A stretch of 64,000 bases of DNA. It comes from Wickerhamiella versatilis (lineage: Eukaryota). A model generated the notes under the pieces. The model ran no database searches. It had not been told where the DNA came from and worked only from the letters and a program-made list of their open reading frames with translations. A program made the position numbers and the translations under genes. This document shows, one piece after another, positions 50,629 to 63,000 of the stretch. Numbering within the stretch: the stretch's first letter is position 1; each line of letters opens with the position of its first letter. The stretch covers positions 3,286,001-3,350,000 of the forward strand of contig JAQOWU010000008.1 in NCBI GenBank assembly GCA_030867685.1, read 5' to 3'.

Positions 50629-50955
50629 TTACGAGGTCGTCTTCTCCAGGTAAGCAATAAGGTTGTTCTTGTCGGCATCCTTCTTGAGACCAGCAAAGGC
50701 CATCTTGTTTCCTGGAATGTACTTCTTGGGGTTCCCGAGATACTCGAAGACAGTGTCAGGAGACCATTCGACACCCTTACTCTTCATAGCATCCGAGTAG
50801 GTGAAGTCATCCTTAGTTCCCGAGGTACGCGAGAACACACCGTGGAGATTGGGGCCAATCTTGTTTGGTCCACCCTCCTCGACAGTGTGGCACTGCAGGC
50901 AACGGGTCTTGAACAGCTTAGCGCCCTTCTTAGCGTCTCCTTGCTTGTATCCCAT
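50629..50955 (-). CDS. CYC1: Cytochrome c
   Basis: CLQCH, GPNLHG and [12 protein letters not shown] motifs. Confidence 0.98.
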   Translation of the reverse strand: MGYKQGDAKKGAKLFKTRCLQCHTVEEGGPNKIGPNLHGVFSRTSGTKDDFTYSDAMKSKGVEWSPDTVFEYLGNPKKYIPGNKMAFAGLKKDADKNNLIAYLEKTTS

Positions 50956-51648
50956 GATGTATGTTGTAGTAGGAAAACAACTTGGTTCTTTATACGTAAG
51001 CCTGGTTAGCTTTAGCTCGCCGCTGACTGGCCAATTATCCCGACCCCGGAAAAATCCGACCCTGGAAGGGATAGTTGGCCTATTGCTATTGAAATTTAGA
51101 TTCTAGAATAGCTGTTATTCGCATTGCAATCGAGAACTAAGTCCAACCGGCGTTGAAATTGCGACATTTTTCGTCGTCCTACGCGTCCTGACTTACAACC
51201 CTAGTCATTGCTATTAGTAATGCAATTTCAAGGCTGTCGGAGGGAGGCAATTTTCATCGATGTATAAGCGCGCCCATTAAGTTGGGAGGCAGGATGAATA
51301 CTGTGGCCTCACAATTAGTCTGCGCGCGGAGAGTAAAATAAATTACTGCCGCACCATGAAGTGTTCTACTTCGCGGGCGGTCAGAACCATGTACGGGTGT
51401 ATCATAACAGGGTGTCCGCTTTGTCCGTAGCGGTGTGCCTTGGTAGCTTCTCCTACATCGATTTAGTTGATTAGATCTAAGAAATCATCCTCCACTTACT
51501 CGGTGGCGTTTCAAGACAGTCGGTCACGGGATTCGGTGAAGATTTTTGGATCTGGCTAAGCCCTTACGAGACTGGTTAAGGGTAGTTATGCAGGCGAATT
51601 AGTAGCACCGTACCTGGATTTAATAATGAGGGATTTCCCTTATGGCAA

Positions 51649-52263
51649 ATGGTTTCACAAGGTGGATCAGGGAGCATGGATCTGTCAAAGAAATGGAATA
51701 AGGGCCTCACTCGGCTAAATACCATCCTAAAGCCATCTGCGGAATTGTCCACACCAGTGGAGGAAGGCACTGGGAACAATGAACAGCCACTAACACCAGT
51801 TGTCACCCCTCCACCAAATCACAGACCTTCACTTCAAAGTGATGACTCGTTTTTTTCAATCAGCTTTGAAGAGGCTTCTATTGGTTCGACTCCAACGACT
51901 CCACGGTCGAGCGTTGTTAGTGCAAGCCGAAGACGCAGGGCTGGATCGGCTAGTGTGGAGTCCCCAGCGACAACGGTCCAATCACCACCCGCAGCCTTGT
52001 TTGGAGAGAAGCTCACTGCCCCTGCACAATCTAAGACTTCCACAATTACTGCCTCAGGCTCGCTAGCCCTCGCCTCGCCTGTCGCCGAGCTTGCTGAGCC
52101 CTTGCCCATCCCTGAACCTATAGCGCACAAACCCTCAACCCTGGATACTACTCAGGAAGAGACGCCAGACGAGGAAATGGAGGAGGAGACAGCGGCGGCG
52201 GAAAAGATTGCTCGTTCTATTCTCTCTAGAGCACAAGAGAGCCAGGCAAAGTGGTCCATATGA
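51649..52263 (+). CDS. Hypothetical Ser/Pro/Thr-rich, probably disordered protein
   Basis: 204-aa ATG ORF filling an otherwise empty gap; RRRRAGS kinase-like site; acidic tail; no recognisable domain. Confidence 0.6.
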   Translation: MVSQGGSGSMDLSKKWNKGLTRLNTILKPSAELSTPVEEGTGNNEQPLTPVVTPPPNHRPSLQSDDSFFSISFEEASIGSTPTTPRSSVVSASRRRRAGSASVESPATTVQSPPAALFGEKLTAPAQSKTSTITASGSLALASPVAELAEPLPIPEPIAHKPSTLDTTQEETPDEEMEEETAAAEKIARSILSRAQESQAKWSI

Positions 52264-52633
52264 TTTATTTTTGTCTTTTTGCCTGCTGGTTGGGCAAAAT
52301 AGCCTGATAAAAAAACCATAAACCTTTTCTGGTAAAAGGTAAGGGTTAGATTTACTAATTATTAGTTTAGATTCAAGTCGTGGATCTACGCTTAGATTTT
52401 CAATTTTTTAGACCTACGAACGAAGTTTCGTCCCGCTTCCTTTCAAGTCCTGCACTCGAGCTATGATGCAAATCCATGGGGCCGTCGGATCTTTATGCAG
52501 TTTATTTAAAAGCTTACATATCATCTAGATCTATCTCACATCTTTCTATAAACACTAACCCTCATTTAGTAAAACAGCTATAACGCTGTTTAATGGGGGG
52601 AAAAATTTATTAGTCATAGATTAGTTGTGAGAC

Positions 52634-53632
52634 ATGCTAGAATATCGGGGGGCTCTGGCGTTGGCTCCAATGGTACGTGTTAGTGAGTTGCCAGTGCGCT
52701 TGCTGAGTTTAAGATATGGGGCCGATCTGGTCTGGAGCCCTGAAATTGTTGATAAGAAGATAATCGGTACCAAAAGAGTATGGAACCCTGCCCTAGACTG
52801 CGTCGACTTTGTGGCCGAAAAAGACGGCAAGCTCGCGTTTCGGACCTGTCCAGCCCAAGAAAAGCCTTACTTGATTTTCCAGCTAGGTACAGCAGATCCT
52901 GAGCTGGCAGTTGAAGCCGCACTCAAGGTAGCTCAGGATGTTTCCGGCATCGATGTAAACTGCGGTTGCCCGAAACACTTCAGCATACACTCGGGGATGG
53001 GTGCTGCTCTACTTAAAAATCCTGACCGGCTCGAGGCAATTCTTCGTGCCCTCGTGGAAAGAGTAGGTCGTCCCCATGGATTGGGTATCAGCGCTAAGAT
53101 ACGTATAATGGATACGGCGGAGAAGACGTACGAGTTGGTGAGACGCTTGGTGAAAACTGGTATATCCTGCCTCACTGTCCACGCCCGTACAGCTCCCATG
53201 AGGCCCCGTGAGCCTGCCCAGTACGATTACATCCAGAAAGTCAGCGAGATTTGTCGGGAGGCCGGAGTGGCATGCCTACTCAATGGAGACGTTGCCAACC
53301 GAGATCATTCCCAAGCGTTTGTCGCCAAGTACGATGTGGATGGATGTATGATAGCCCGTGGTGCCGAGGAAAACCCTTCATGCTTTCGCTCAGGACCGTT
53401 GGCGCCAGTGCGGGATATCGCAAGGGAATTTGTGGCATTGTGCGGGAAGTATGATTTCCCTGCAGCCCACGCCAAGTACTGTCTTACCAGCATGATTCCC
53501 GGCAAGGATCCATTATACCAGAAGGTAATTCGGGCTAAGGCTTTGGACGCATTCCGGTCTGCGTTAGACTCTGAGGACAGCCCTGATAAGCCTGCCTGGT
53601 CGCCTCCCGCAAAAAAGCTGCGGGTTGCATGA
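52634..53632 (+). CDS. SMM1: tRNA dihydrouridine synthase Dus2
   Basis: LAPMVRVSELP.RL, IDVNCGCPKHFSIHSGMGAALL, VHART and NGD motifs. Confidence 0.95.
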   Translation: MLEYRGALALAPMVRVSELPVRLLSLRYGADLVWSPEIVDKKIIGTKRVWNPALDCVDFVAEKDGKLAFRTCPAQEKPYLIFQLGTADPELAVEAALKVAQDVSGIDVNCGCPKHFSIHSGMGAALLKNPDRLEAILRALVERVGRPHGLGISAKIRIMDTAEKTYELVRRLVKTGISCLTVHARTAPMRPREPAQYDYIQKVSEICREAGVACLLNGDVANRDHSQAFVAKYDVDGCMIARGAEENPSCFRSGPLAPVRDIAREFVALCGKYDFPAAHAKYCLTSMIPGKDPLYQKVIRAKALDAFRSALDSEDSPDKPAWSPPAKKLRVA

Positions 53633-53753
53633 TAGACGCATTTTGCATGAGCGATGAAAATTAAGTAGTCGCCTAAAAAAAGATAAAATAATCTTTATTT
53701 TTTATTTATCAAGTGGAGAAAATCTAGACGTTATGCATATACAATTTACGCGG

Positions 53754-54350
53754 CTAATCGTTCCTGGGGGTAGCGGCACGCTTAATGACGCACCAGGCGC
53801 CACTAGCTATAGTAACGATGCCCGAGGACAAAAGCATAGGCTTCACACCCCGTGAGATGTTGTATAAAGCACCAGTAACAGCTCCTGCTGCAAGGGATCC
53901 AGCGTCATCATGATAGCCACCGCGGGCGTAGTCAATCAGCGTTCCAACAACATTATAGGTCAAGGTGAGCACACCAGCAGTGTTACCCACGAAAGGTCCG
54001 CGACGTGTAACAGAGTTCAAAATAGCATTCAGGCGGAGTTTGGGGCTTTGAACATTCGCGGTAGATCGCATCCCCTCCACAAGACCTGTAAAGCCACCTG
54101 TGGCAAGGCCCATAAGGTACACTGCACCTGTACCATATGATAAGTCCTCACCCCAGCCACGGCTTGCTATAAGGCCCTCAGCTCGTTGGCTATTCGACTC
54201 GAGATCGAGGTATTCAAGTCCTTTATTCAGATTTGCCATGGGATGGAGCTGAGCAGGATCGAGCGCAGGAGGAATAACTGTTGGCGCCTCAGCATGCTGC
54301 TTTTGCTGAGGTTCCTCCTTTTCGGCGGGTGAATTTCCGATCAACCACAT
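53754..54350 (-). CDS. TIM23: Mitochondrial inner membrane translocase Tim23
   Basis: LEYLDL, SRGWGEDLSYGTGAVYL and KLRLNAILNSVTRRGPF motifs. Confidence 0.96.
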   Translation of the reverse strand: MWLIGNSPAEKEEPQQKQHAEAPTVIPPALDPAQLHPMANLNKGLEYLDLESNSQRAEGLIASRGWGEDLSYGTGAVYLMGLATGGFTGLVEGMRSTANVQSPKLRLNAILNSVTRRGPFVGNTAGVLTLTYNVVGTLIDYARGGYHDDAGSLAAGAVTGALYNISRGVKPMLLSSGIVTIASGAWCVIKRAATPRND

Positions 54351-54630
54351 TACCCGACGTGAAATTTCTTAACTCAATACTATTAATAAGCGCGAATATT
54401 TCAGTGGTGGTAGCAAGAGGTAGTAACATCCGACTTCGGACTGCTACGTTTATATTAGCAGTTTTACACCCCTAATATTTGTACAGTGAAATTAATTAGC
54501 TACTGTGTATCGGTAAAAGTCTGTTTCTATAAGACCTAAATGAAGATATCAGCGTATCATATGTCCGGCAAACGTAAGACATTAAGGGGAAGCAAATAAG
54601 TAGCCGGCAGTGATTTGGTCGACATACATT

Positions 54631-56382
54631 TCAATAGGCTGCCCCAAGTCCTCCCTTCCTAAAGTAATCACTGACAGCATGCAGTAATCCACGTGAATCT
54701 CGCGAGATTCCGTTACAGACGGAGGACGGCGGTCGGTATTCTGTCTTGTGTCCTCGTTCGTGCAATTTTTCAGCCACCAGTTCCGGTACACCCACCTCCA
54801 ACATGGCTACCTCAGGGAGAAGCTGATGATGGATCCGAGGTAGTGAGATGGAGTCCAATAATGACATGTCATAGCCAAGGTGACGTACAAGCGCCTGGAA
54901 GACCGTGGTTAGAATACGAGAACCTCCAGCAGCACCAATTATTATATCTGCAGTGTGATCCTTACCCACTGCAATCGAAGGCACACATGATGATAGAGGT
55001 CGTTTACCCGGCTCTGCAAAGTTGTATATAGAAGGTGCTAGCTCGAAGAAATTCTCGAGATCAGGGGTTGAAAAATCGTCCATTTCAGAATTAAGAACTA
55101 TACCGGTGCTTTCGTCACATACTATGCTTCCAAAAGGCAAATTAACGGTGGTTGTCATTGCGACTGCCATGCCGTCAGCATCCACGACACTCAAATGCGC
55201 TGTTCCGTGAGGCTCATTCATTTCATAAGAAGGATGATAATTTCTCCATGATTCAAGGGTTGAGTCGTCACTGATATTGGCGACAACAAGGTCTGCCCAT
55301 TCTGAAGTAACAATTTCTTGAATTCGGGGATTATCAATATAACTGGGATCTCCTAGCTCCGAGCGAGCAGCAGCCATCCATTTCATAGTCTCTATCATGC
55401 GCTGTGTCTCTATCGCACCGAAATCGTCAGTATAACCATCATCCAGAAGGTGTTGTATAACGTTCAGGCCAAGCACTAATGCTGGACCTGATGTAGGCGC
55501 TGGTGGAACATACATGGTTCTGCCTAGGAAGTTAACTCGAATTGGCTCTCTTAAAATGGGCTCATATTTAGCAATATCCTCGGTAGTCATTATCCCACCA
55601 GCTTGTTGGACCGTCCTAGCCAGCCTGGGGGCGATTGGTCCCTCTGGATCATAAAAAATATCTGAGGAACCATTCTGGGCTATCAGACGCAGAGTTTTTG
55701 CTAGATTTGGGCGCAGGAGGATGCGGCGCTCGATTCCTTCCTCGAGCCAATCCCACCCAGAGCGATACTCACCACCATACTGCTTGAAATACTGCCGGTA
55801 GGTACTATTCAAGGATTCATTTACACCTAATCCAGAATCACAAGCATCCGCCACGGGATAAATTAAGTCTTCCCAATCCACTCTACCGAAAAGGTCATGC
55901 ATCTTGCTCAACCCAGCAAGCTCCCCGGGCACTCCCGATGCCAATCCACCTATTTTCGATAGCAGCGGGTCCTTAAACATATTCTTATGAGAAGCTGCAG
56001 GTGCAGCCTCCCGAGAATCAATAACTAGGCTTTTGCCGTCTGGTGTGGTTATTGTCATAAAGCCGCCACCTCCAAGCCCCGAACTTTGAGGATTATACGC
56101 ACCAATGCAAAGCGCTACAGTCACGGCAGCATCAGCAGCCGTGCCACCATCCTTTAATATTTTCAATCCCATTTGTGAACATTCAGGGACATCGCTTGAT
56201 ACAGCAGCGTTCCTACCGATAGCATCAAGTTCGTGATTTGGTTGAAACCCTTTGCGCGCCCAATGGAAAGAATCATGATAGAGAACGCCGAATATAATGA
56301 GCCCGAGCGCAAAGCAAGCTATTATCATGTTCTTATGCCATTTCCATCCATTATCTGAGCGAGCCCATCTAGGAGGCATCAT
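54631..56382 (-). CDS. ECM38: Gamma-glutamyl transpeptidase
   Basis: N-terminal TM anchor; SSGLGGGGF, HGTAHLSV (autocleavage Thr), NSEMDDFS, PGKRPLSS and GGSRI motifs. Confidence 0.95.
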   Translation of the reverse strand: MMPPRWARSDNGWKWHKNMIIACFALGLIIFGVLYHDSFHWARKGFQPNHELDAIGRNAAVSSDVPECSQMGLKILKDGGTAADAAVTVALCIGAYNPQSSGLGGGGFMTITTPDGKSLVIDSREAAPAASHKNMFKDPLLSKIGGLASGVPGELAGLSKMHDLFGRVDWEDLIYPVADACDSGLGVNESLNSTYRQYFKQYGGEYRSGWDWLEEGIERRILLRPNLAKTLRLIAQNGSSDIFYDPEGPIAPRLARTVQQAGGIMTTEDIAKYEPILREPIRVNFLGRTMYVPPAPTSGPALVLGLNVIQHLLDDGYTDDFGAIETQRMIETMKWMAAARSELGDPSYIDNPRIQEIVTSEWADLVVANISDDSTLESWRNYHPSYEMNEPHGTAHLSVVDADGMAVAMTTTVNLPFGSIVCDESTGIVLNSEMDDFSTPDLENFFELAPSIYNFAEPGKRPLSSCVPSIAVGKDHTADIIIGAAGGSRILTTVFQALVRHLGYDMSLLDSISLPRIHHQLLPEVAMLEVGVPELVAEKLHERGHKTEYRPPSSVCNGISRDSRGLLHAVSDYFRKGGLGAAY

Positions 56383-57098
56383 CGCTGCGATGACAAACAC
56401 ACAAGATTAGGAGACATAGCAATTACAGTTACTATGAAGATTCGGTGCATGGGAATTTCCCCACCACTTCATAAATAACTGATCCCTCACTTCCTCTTGT
56501 TAATTTGTTGAAAGGTGAAGTAGCAGAACAAAAAATTTCGTTAATATAGTTGAATGTCTAATAGATCAGAACCAGCAGCACTTTATCACCATTTTTTTCT
56601 GATAGCATTCCTTCTTGTAGAATATATATATGTATAAAGCGAGATCGAAGAACAGTAAGTGACTCTGATGGGGGCGGGGAAGCGATATGTTACCTACTGC
56701 TTCCGAAATAACTATATTATAAAGTGGCACTAAGAATTATGCTTTTTTCTTGTCTATTGCAGACTAATTGTTAGGACCGATCGATTTGCTTTACCCGTTC
56801 CTTGGCATTCGCCAAAGCGGGACTGCCTTGAAACCCCTTCCCATGATCATTACTCTTCCCCACGTATCAGCACTAATCTTACAAGGTAAAATACTTTTTA
56901 TAAGCATTAAATACAATTATTATGGCTACTTTTGCTAATTTTCCATATAATTATTCAACCGATCTACTGCTTTCGACGGCATTATTAGCAAACCCCAACA
57001 CAGTCGGCATATCCTCAACGACAATTTACTAATCCGTCTACTGTTGGTCGTTAATTGTCACAAGCGCTAAACCATCTGCTAAAGGAAAAGCCTGGCAT

Positions 57099-60000
57099 AT
57101 GAAAACCTACGATCACAGTAAACTTTCAAGCCATTTCTTTGGGCTAAATAATGTCAGTTCAGCACCATCCTCCGCAGTGCGTGATTTCGTAGCAGCCCGC
57201 CAAGGACATACGGTCATTACTTCGGTGCTTATTGCCAATAATGGTATCGCTGCAGTCAAAGAGATTCGTAGTGTTCGTCGATGGGCATATCAACAGTTTG
57301 GTGATGAACGTGCCATAAGTTTCACGGTAATGGCGACTCCGGAGGACTTGTCGGCAAATGCTGAATATATTCGTATGGCTGACCAAGTTGTGGAAGTACC
57401 TGGGGGTACTAACAATAATAATTATGCGAATGTTGACCTCATTGTAGATGTTGCAGAGCAGACAAATGTACAAGCCGTTTGGGCTGGTTGGGGTCACGCA
57501 TCTGAGAATCCCTTATTACCAGAAAATTTGGCCAATTCACCAAAGAAGATTGTTTTCATAGGACCCCCTGGTTCTGCAATGCGTTCTCTCGGTGATAAGA
57601 TCAGTTCTACTATAGTTGCACAGCACGCGAAGGTGCCATGTATTCCTTGGTCTGGTACTGGCGTTGATGAGGTGTATTTGGAAAAGGAGACTGGTCTTGT
57701 TAGTGTGAAAGACGAAGTATACGCTAAAGGCTGCGTAACTGATGCAGAAGAAGCACTTGAAAAGGCTCGTAACATTGGATTACCTGTTATGATCAAAGCA
57801 TCAGAAGGTGGTGGTGGTAAAGGTATTCGTAAGGTTGATCGCGAAGAAGACTTCGTGTCATTGTTCCAGCAAGTCAAGGCTGAGATTCCAGGCTCACCTA
57901 TTTTTGTCATGAAGCTTGCCGGGTCCGCTCGTCATCTTGAAGTTCAGCTCCTTGCTGATCAGTATGGAAATAATATCTCACTATTTGGTCGCGACTGCTC
58001 TGTCCAACGTCGTCATCAAAAAATTATTGAAGAGGCTCCCGTCGATGGTGATGTTGCTCCGCCAACGACGTTTGAGCAAATGGAACAAGCCGCTGTGCGC
58101 TTGGGTAAACTTGTGGGATACGTTAGTGCTGGTACTGTTGAATACCTTTATTCGCATGATGATGATAAGTTCTATTTCCTCGAACTTAATCCGCGACTTC
58201 AAGTCGAACACCCGACCACAGAGATGGTATCGGGTGTAAACCTACCTGCGGCACAATTGCAGGTTGCAATGGGAATACCATTGGACTATATCACCGACAT
58301 TCGCATGCTTTATGGTGCGGATCCCTTGTCCAGCCGACCGTTGGATTTCACATATAGTGATCCAGATTTTGCCAAGTATCAGCGTCGTCCTCGGCCCCAT
58401 GGGCATACAACCGCCTGCAGAATCACATCTGAAGATCCAGGTGCAGGATTCAAACCATCTGGAGGTTCCCTAAGTGAGTTGAATTTCCGTTCCTCTAGTA
58501 ACGTTTGGGGTTATTTCAGCGTCGGAAGCCGTGGTAACATTCACAGCTTCTCAGACTCCCAGTTTGGGCATATCTTTGCTTTCGGTGAAACTAGAGAAGC
58601 TTCTCGTAGATCCATGGTTGTTGCTTTGAAAGAATTGAGTATTAGAGGTGACTTTCGTACGACGGTGGAATATCTTATATCGCTTCTCGAGTCTGAGGCT
58701 TTTGAGAAGAACACAATTACCACCAGCTGGCTTGATGAGTTGATTTCAAAGAAGATATCAACTACAGATAAGCCAGATGCTTCTGTTGCAGTAGTATGTG
58801 GTGCTGCTACTCGCTCATTCGTGGAGTCCGCAACTGTGATGCGTAGCTATAAGGAAGCACTTGAGCGTGGTCAGTCTCCACCTAAAGATTCTTTGAAGTT
58901 TTTGTATCAGATAAATTTCATCTATGAAGGTGAACAATATAGGTTCACCTCGACGCAGACGGCGCTACATACATTCCGTATATTTTTGAATGGCTCGCGT
59001 GTAGATGTTGGTGTTCAACCGCTGAGTGATGGAGGATTCCTCATATCTATTGATGGTAAGTCACACGTGGTTTACTACAAGGATGAGGTTACAGGGGCTA
59101 CTTGTCTAAGTGTTGACGGTAAGACATGTCTTCTTGAAGTAGAAAATGATCCCACACAATTACGAACGCCCTCGCCAGGTAAGCTTGTGCGTTTCCTGGT
59201 TGAACCAAGTGATCATATTTCAGCCGGTCAAGCATATGCAGAAGTGGAAGTCATGAAAATGTATATGCCATTGCTGGCACAAGAAGATGGTATTGTGCAA
59301 CCAATAAAACAACCGGGCTCCCAACTTAATGCTGGAGACATCATCGGAATCCTTGCACTTGATGACCCATCTAAGGTAAAGCATGCCAAACCGTTTGACG
59401 GACAACTGCCAGCGTACGGACCACCCCGCATGATCGGAAATAAACTGGATCAGCAGTTCACGAACGATTTCGAAGTGCTTCAAAATGTCATGGCAGGTTA
59501 TGACAATCAGATAGTTCTTGCATCCACTTTCCGTAAATTGACAGAGGTGCTTCGCAACCCTGAGCTGCCGTATGCCGAGTGGGCGTCGCGAGCTTCAGCG
59601 CTCCATTCTCGTTTACCTCCAACATTGGATGCCACACTGCAAGGTATTGTGGACAGGGCCCATAAGAAGCATGCTGATTTCCCATCTAAGTCCGTTTTGA
59701 AGACGATAGGAAAATGGAATCCAAGTAACGAGAATGAGAAACGTGCTTGGGATGAGTTGGTTGAGTCCTTGACTACCATTGCACAGGATTTTTCCAATGG
59801 TTTGGAGGGACACGAGTATCTTGTGATGTCACGCCTGCTACAGGAATATTATGACGTGGAAAAACAGTTCAATGGACAACGTGAGGAAGACGTTGTCCAC
59901 CAACTGCGTGAAACTCACAAAGATGATTTAGATTCTGTCTTGAAAACGATCGTTTCCCACTCGCGGGTTGGTAATAAGAATAATTTAATGTTGATGATTC

Positions 60001-63000
60001 TCAATGAATACGGTGAGACATCTTCGAGTTTGGTGGCCAATTACTTGCGTCCAGTTCTTAAGAAAATCGTTGAATTGGATGGTCGCCCATTCTCAAAGGT
60101 CGTGCTTAAGGCTCGTGAAGTGCTGATTCGTTGTGCACTACCATCATTGCGACAACAGACTGAGCAGATGGAGCATATCTTGCGTTCTAGTGTGATGGGC
60201 TCTGCCTACGGCGCAATCGTTGATCGCCATCGGATGGCACCGAACCCTGAAGTACTCAGAGAGCTTGTAGAATCGAGATATTCTGTCTTTGATGTGTTAT
60301 TCCAATTTTTCCGCCACTCTGACAGATATATTGTCGCAGCTGCGATGGAAGTATACGCACGCCGAGTTAACCGTGCCTATCATGTTGAGCATGTCGTACA
60401 CCACCTTGAACCTGAAGAGATCCCTGCTATCAGGTATGACTTTGAGCTTACAGAAGCATCCACACCATATGCCACCACATCTGGTGCCAAAGAGGGTGAT
60501 TTGCGACACGGTGTGGTATGTCCGGGTGACTTCGACGACATTGATGAATCTATTTCGAGAGTTATAGAGCTACTGCCAGAGTACCAGGCTCCACGATTGA
60601 GAAGGTTTAGTGATCCACCTATTCCCGGAAAGCCTGTGCAACATCCTGAGTTGGTGAATACTGCCAATATCGTTGTTTACTGCGAGGAAGAGGAGTTCGA
60701 TGAAACTTTAGATGATGACGCGATTGCAGTACATCTCCGTGAGATGATACAGGAGCAGCGTGAAGGCTTGCTCAACAGATCAGTACGTCGGTTAACTATC
60801 TTGATACAAATTGGTGTTGGCTCCTCGCCAAAGTTCTTCACTTTCCAGGGACCTGATTACGATGAGAATAAGACCATGCGCCATGTTAATCCACCTTTGG
60901 CATTCCAGCTTGAGTTAGGAAGACTCTCAAACTTCCACATACGTCCTGTCTTCAGTGAGAACAGGTACATTCATATGTATGAGGCACATGCTCGGTCAGA
61001 TCCAGCAGATAAACGTTTCTTCGTGCGTACAGTTATCACACCTGAGCGTCTTGCCGAGGGTGATGAAATCTCGACGCCTGAATATCTTCTGTCCGAATCC
61101 AACAAGTTGATGAACGATATTCTAGAATCGCTTCAAACTGTGGATACCTCTGGATCAGATTTGAATCATATATTTATCAATTTCACCGCAGTCTTTGCCG
61201 TTGACCCAAGTGAGATCTTGAAGGCTTTCCGTGACTTCCTAGACCGGTTCGGCCGCAGATTATGGCGTCTCCGTGTAGTGGGAGCTGAAATTCGTCTTGT
61301 GATTGGAAACCTTTCTGATCCTCAAGAGGTCCTACCCATTCGTGCCCTGATCAATAATGTTTCGGGCTTTGTCGTTACCACTGAGCTATATACGGAAGTT
61401 CGCACTGAATCAGGTGAGTGGGTATACAAGACTCTTATGGGTAAACCAGGGAATATGCACATGCGTCCGGTGTTGAGTGCTTACCCTACTAAAGAATGGC
61501 TGCAGTTGCGGCGATACGAGGCTCACCTCAAGGGAACTACATTCGTTCATGATTACCCGCAGCTGTTCAGTGCTGCAGTGAAATCTGCGTGGCGTGCTGT
61601 TGGGTTAGACCCTCCTGCGAGTAGTTTCACGGCAACCGAATTGGTGCTCGATGAGGCCAATAATCTTACTGAAGTCGAACGTGAGCCTGGTGCGAACACG
61701 TGTGGAATGGTGGCCTGGATCTGTACTGCAAGGACTCGAGAGTGCCCCTCTGGCCGTCAATTCGTTGTGGTGGCCAATGATATCACATTCAAGATAGGAT
61801 CTTTTGGTCCCCAGGAAGATAAATATTTCAATTCTGTAACAGAATATGCCAGGGCAAAGGGTTTGCCTCGAGTTTATTTGGCTGCCAACTCTGGTGCTCG
61901 CCTAGGTATTGCAGAGGAGGTACTTCCGCTGATTCGCGCAGCTTGGAATGATGAAAATAACCCCGACCAAGGATTCCGCTATCTCTACCTGACACCAGAA
62001 GACTATGAGCAGACGAATAATAGCGTATCTTGTACGCGAATTGTCGAAGAAGGTCAGGCGCGATACCGTATTGACTACGTTGTTGGTAAATCGGATGGAC
62101 TTGGCGTTGAGTCTCTTAAAGGTAGTGGTCTTATTGCTGGCGCCACATCACGGGCCTACAAGGACATATTTACAGCGACAATTGTCACTTGTCGTTCTGT
62201 AGGTATTGGTGCATACCTTGTACGCCTCGGTCAGCGCGCAATACAGATAGAAGGAAAGCCGCTGCTTCTCACTGGTGCCGAGGCAATCAATAAGTTGCTA
62301 GCGCGACAAGTTTATGCCTCAAACTTGCAGCTTGGTGGAACTCAAATTATGTATAAGAATGGTGTCAGTCATTTGGTAGCTCAGAATGATTATGAAGGCG
62401 TCGCTCAGTTTATGGATTGGTTATCTTTTGTACCTATCCGTCGTGATGCTCTTCCGCCAATTCTTGTGAATAAAGCAGATGAATGGGATCGGGATGTGGA
62501 GTTTGTGCCCGTTCAAGGTGAGAATTATGATGTGCGTTGCCTTATAACGGGTTCTGATGGCCGGCGTGGTTTGTTTGACGACAATTCTTGGATAGAAACT
62601 CTTGGTGGATGGGCTCGAGGTGTTGTCACAGGGCGCGCGCGACTAGGTGGTATACCTTTCGGAATAATTGCAGTTGAAACCCGTGCTACTGAGACTGTAT
62701 ATCCTGCTGATCCAGCTAATCCTCTGAGCACAGAACAAGTTGTGACAGAGGCAGGGCAGGTGTGGTACCCCAACTCTGCATTCAAGACAGCTCAAGCTCT
62801 GCAGGATTTCACGAACGGAGAGCAACTACCGATTATGATTCTAGCTAATTGGCGTGGTTTTAGTGGTGGTCAGCGCGATATGTTCTTCGAAGTTCTGAAG
62901 TATGGCTCATACATCGTTGATGCTCTATCAGAATGTCGTCAACCAGTATTTGTATACATTCCTCCATTTGGTGAGCTACGTGGAGGGTCCTGGGTAGTGG

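Noticed and set aside
56655-57084. Possible ACC1 5' intron (GTAAGT 56655, TACTAAT 57027) adding an N-terminal exon
   Set aside because: The first AG after the branch-like word gives an out-of-frame join; only a weak later AAG works. ACC1 is complete from ATG 57099. RNA-seq would be needed.
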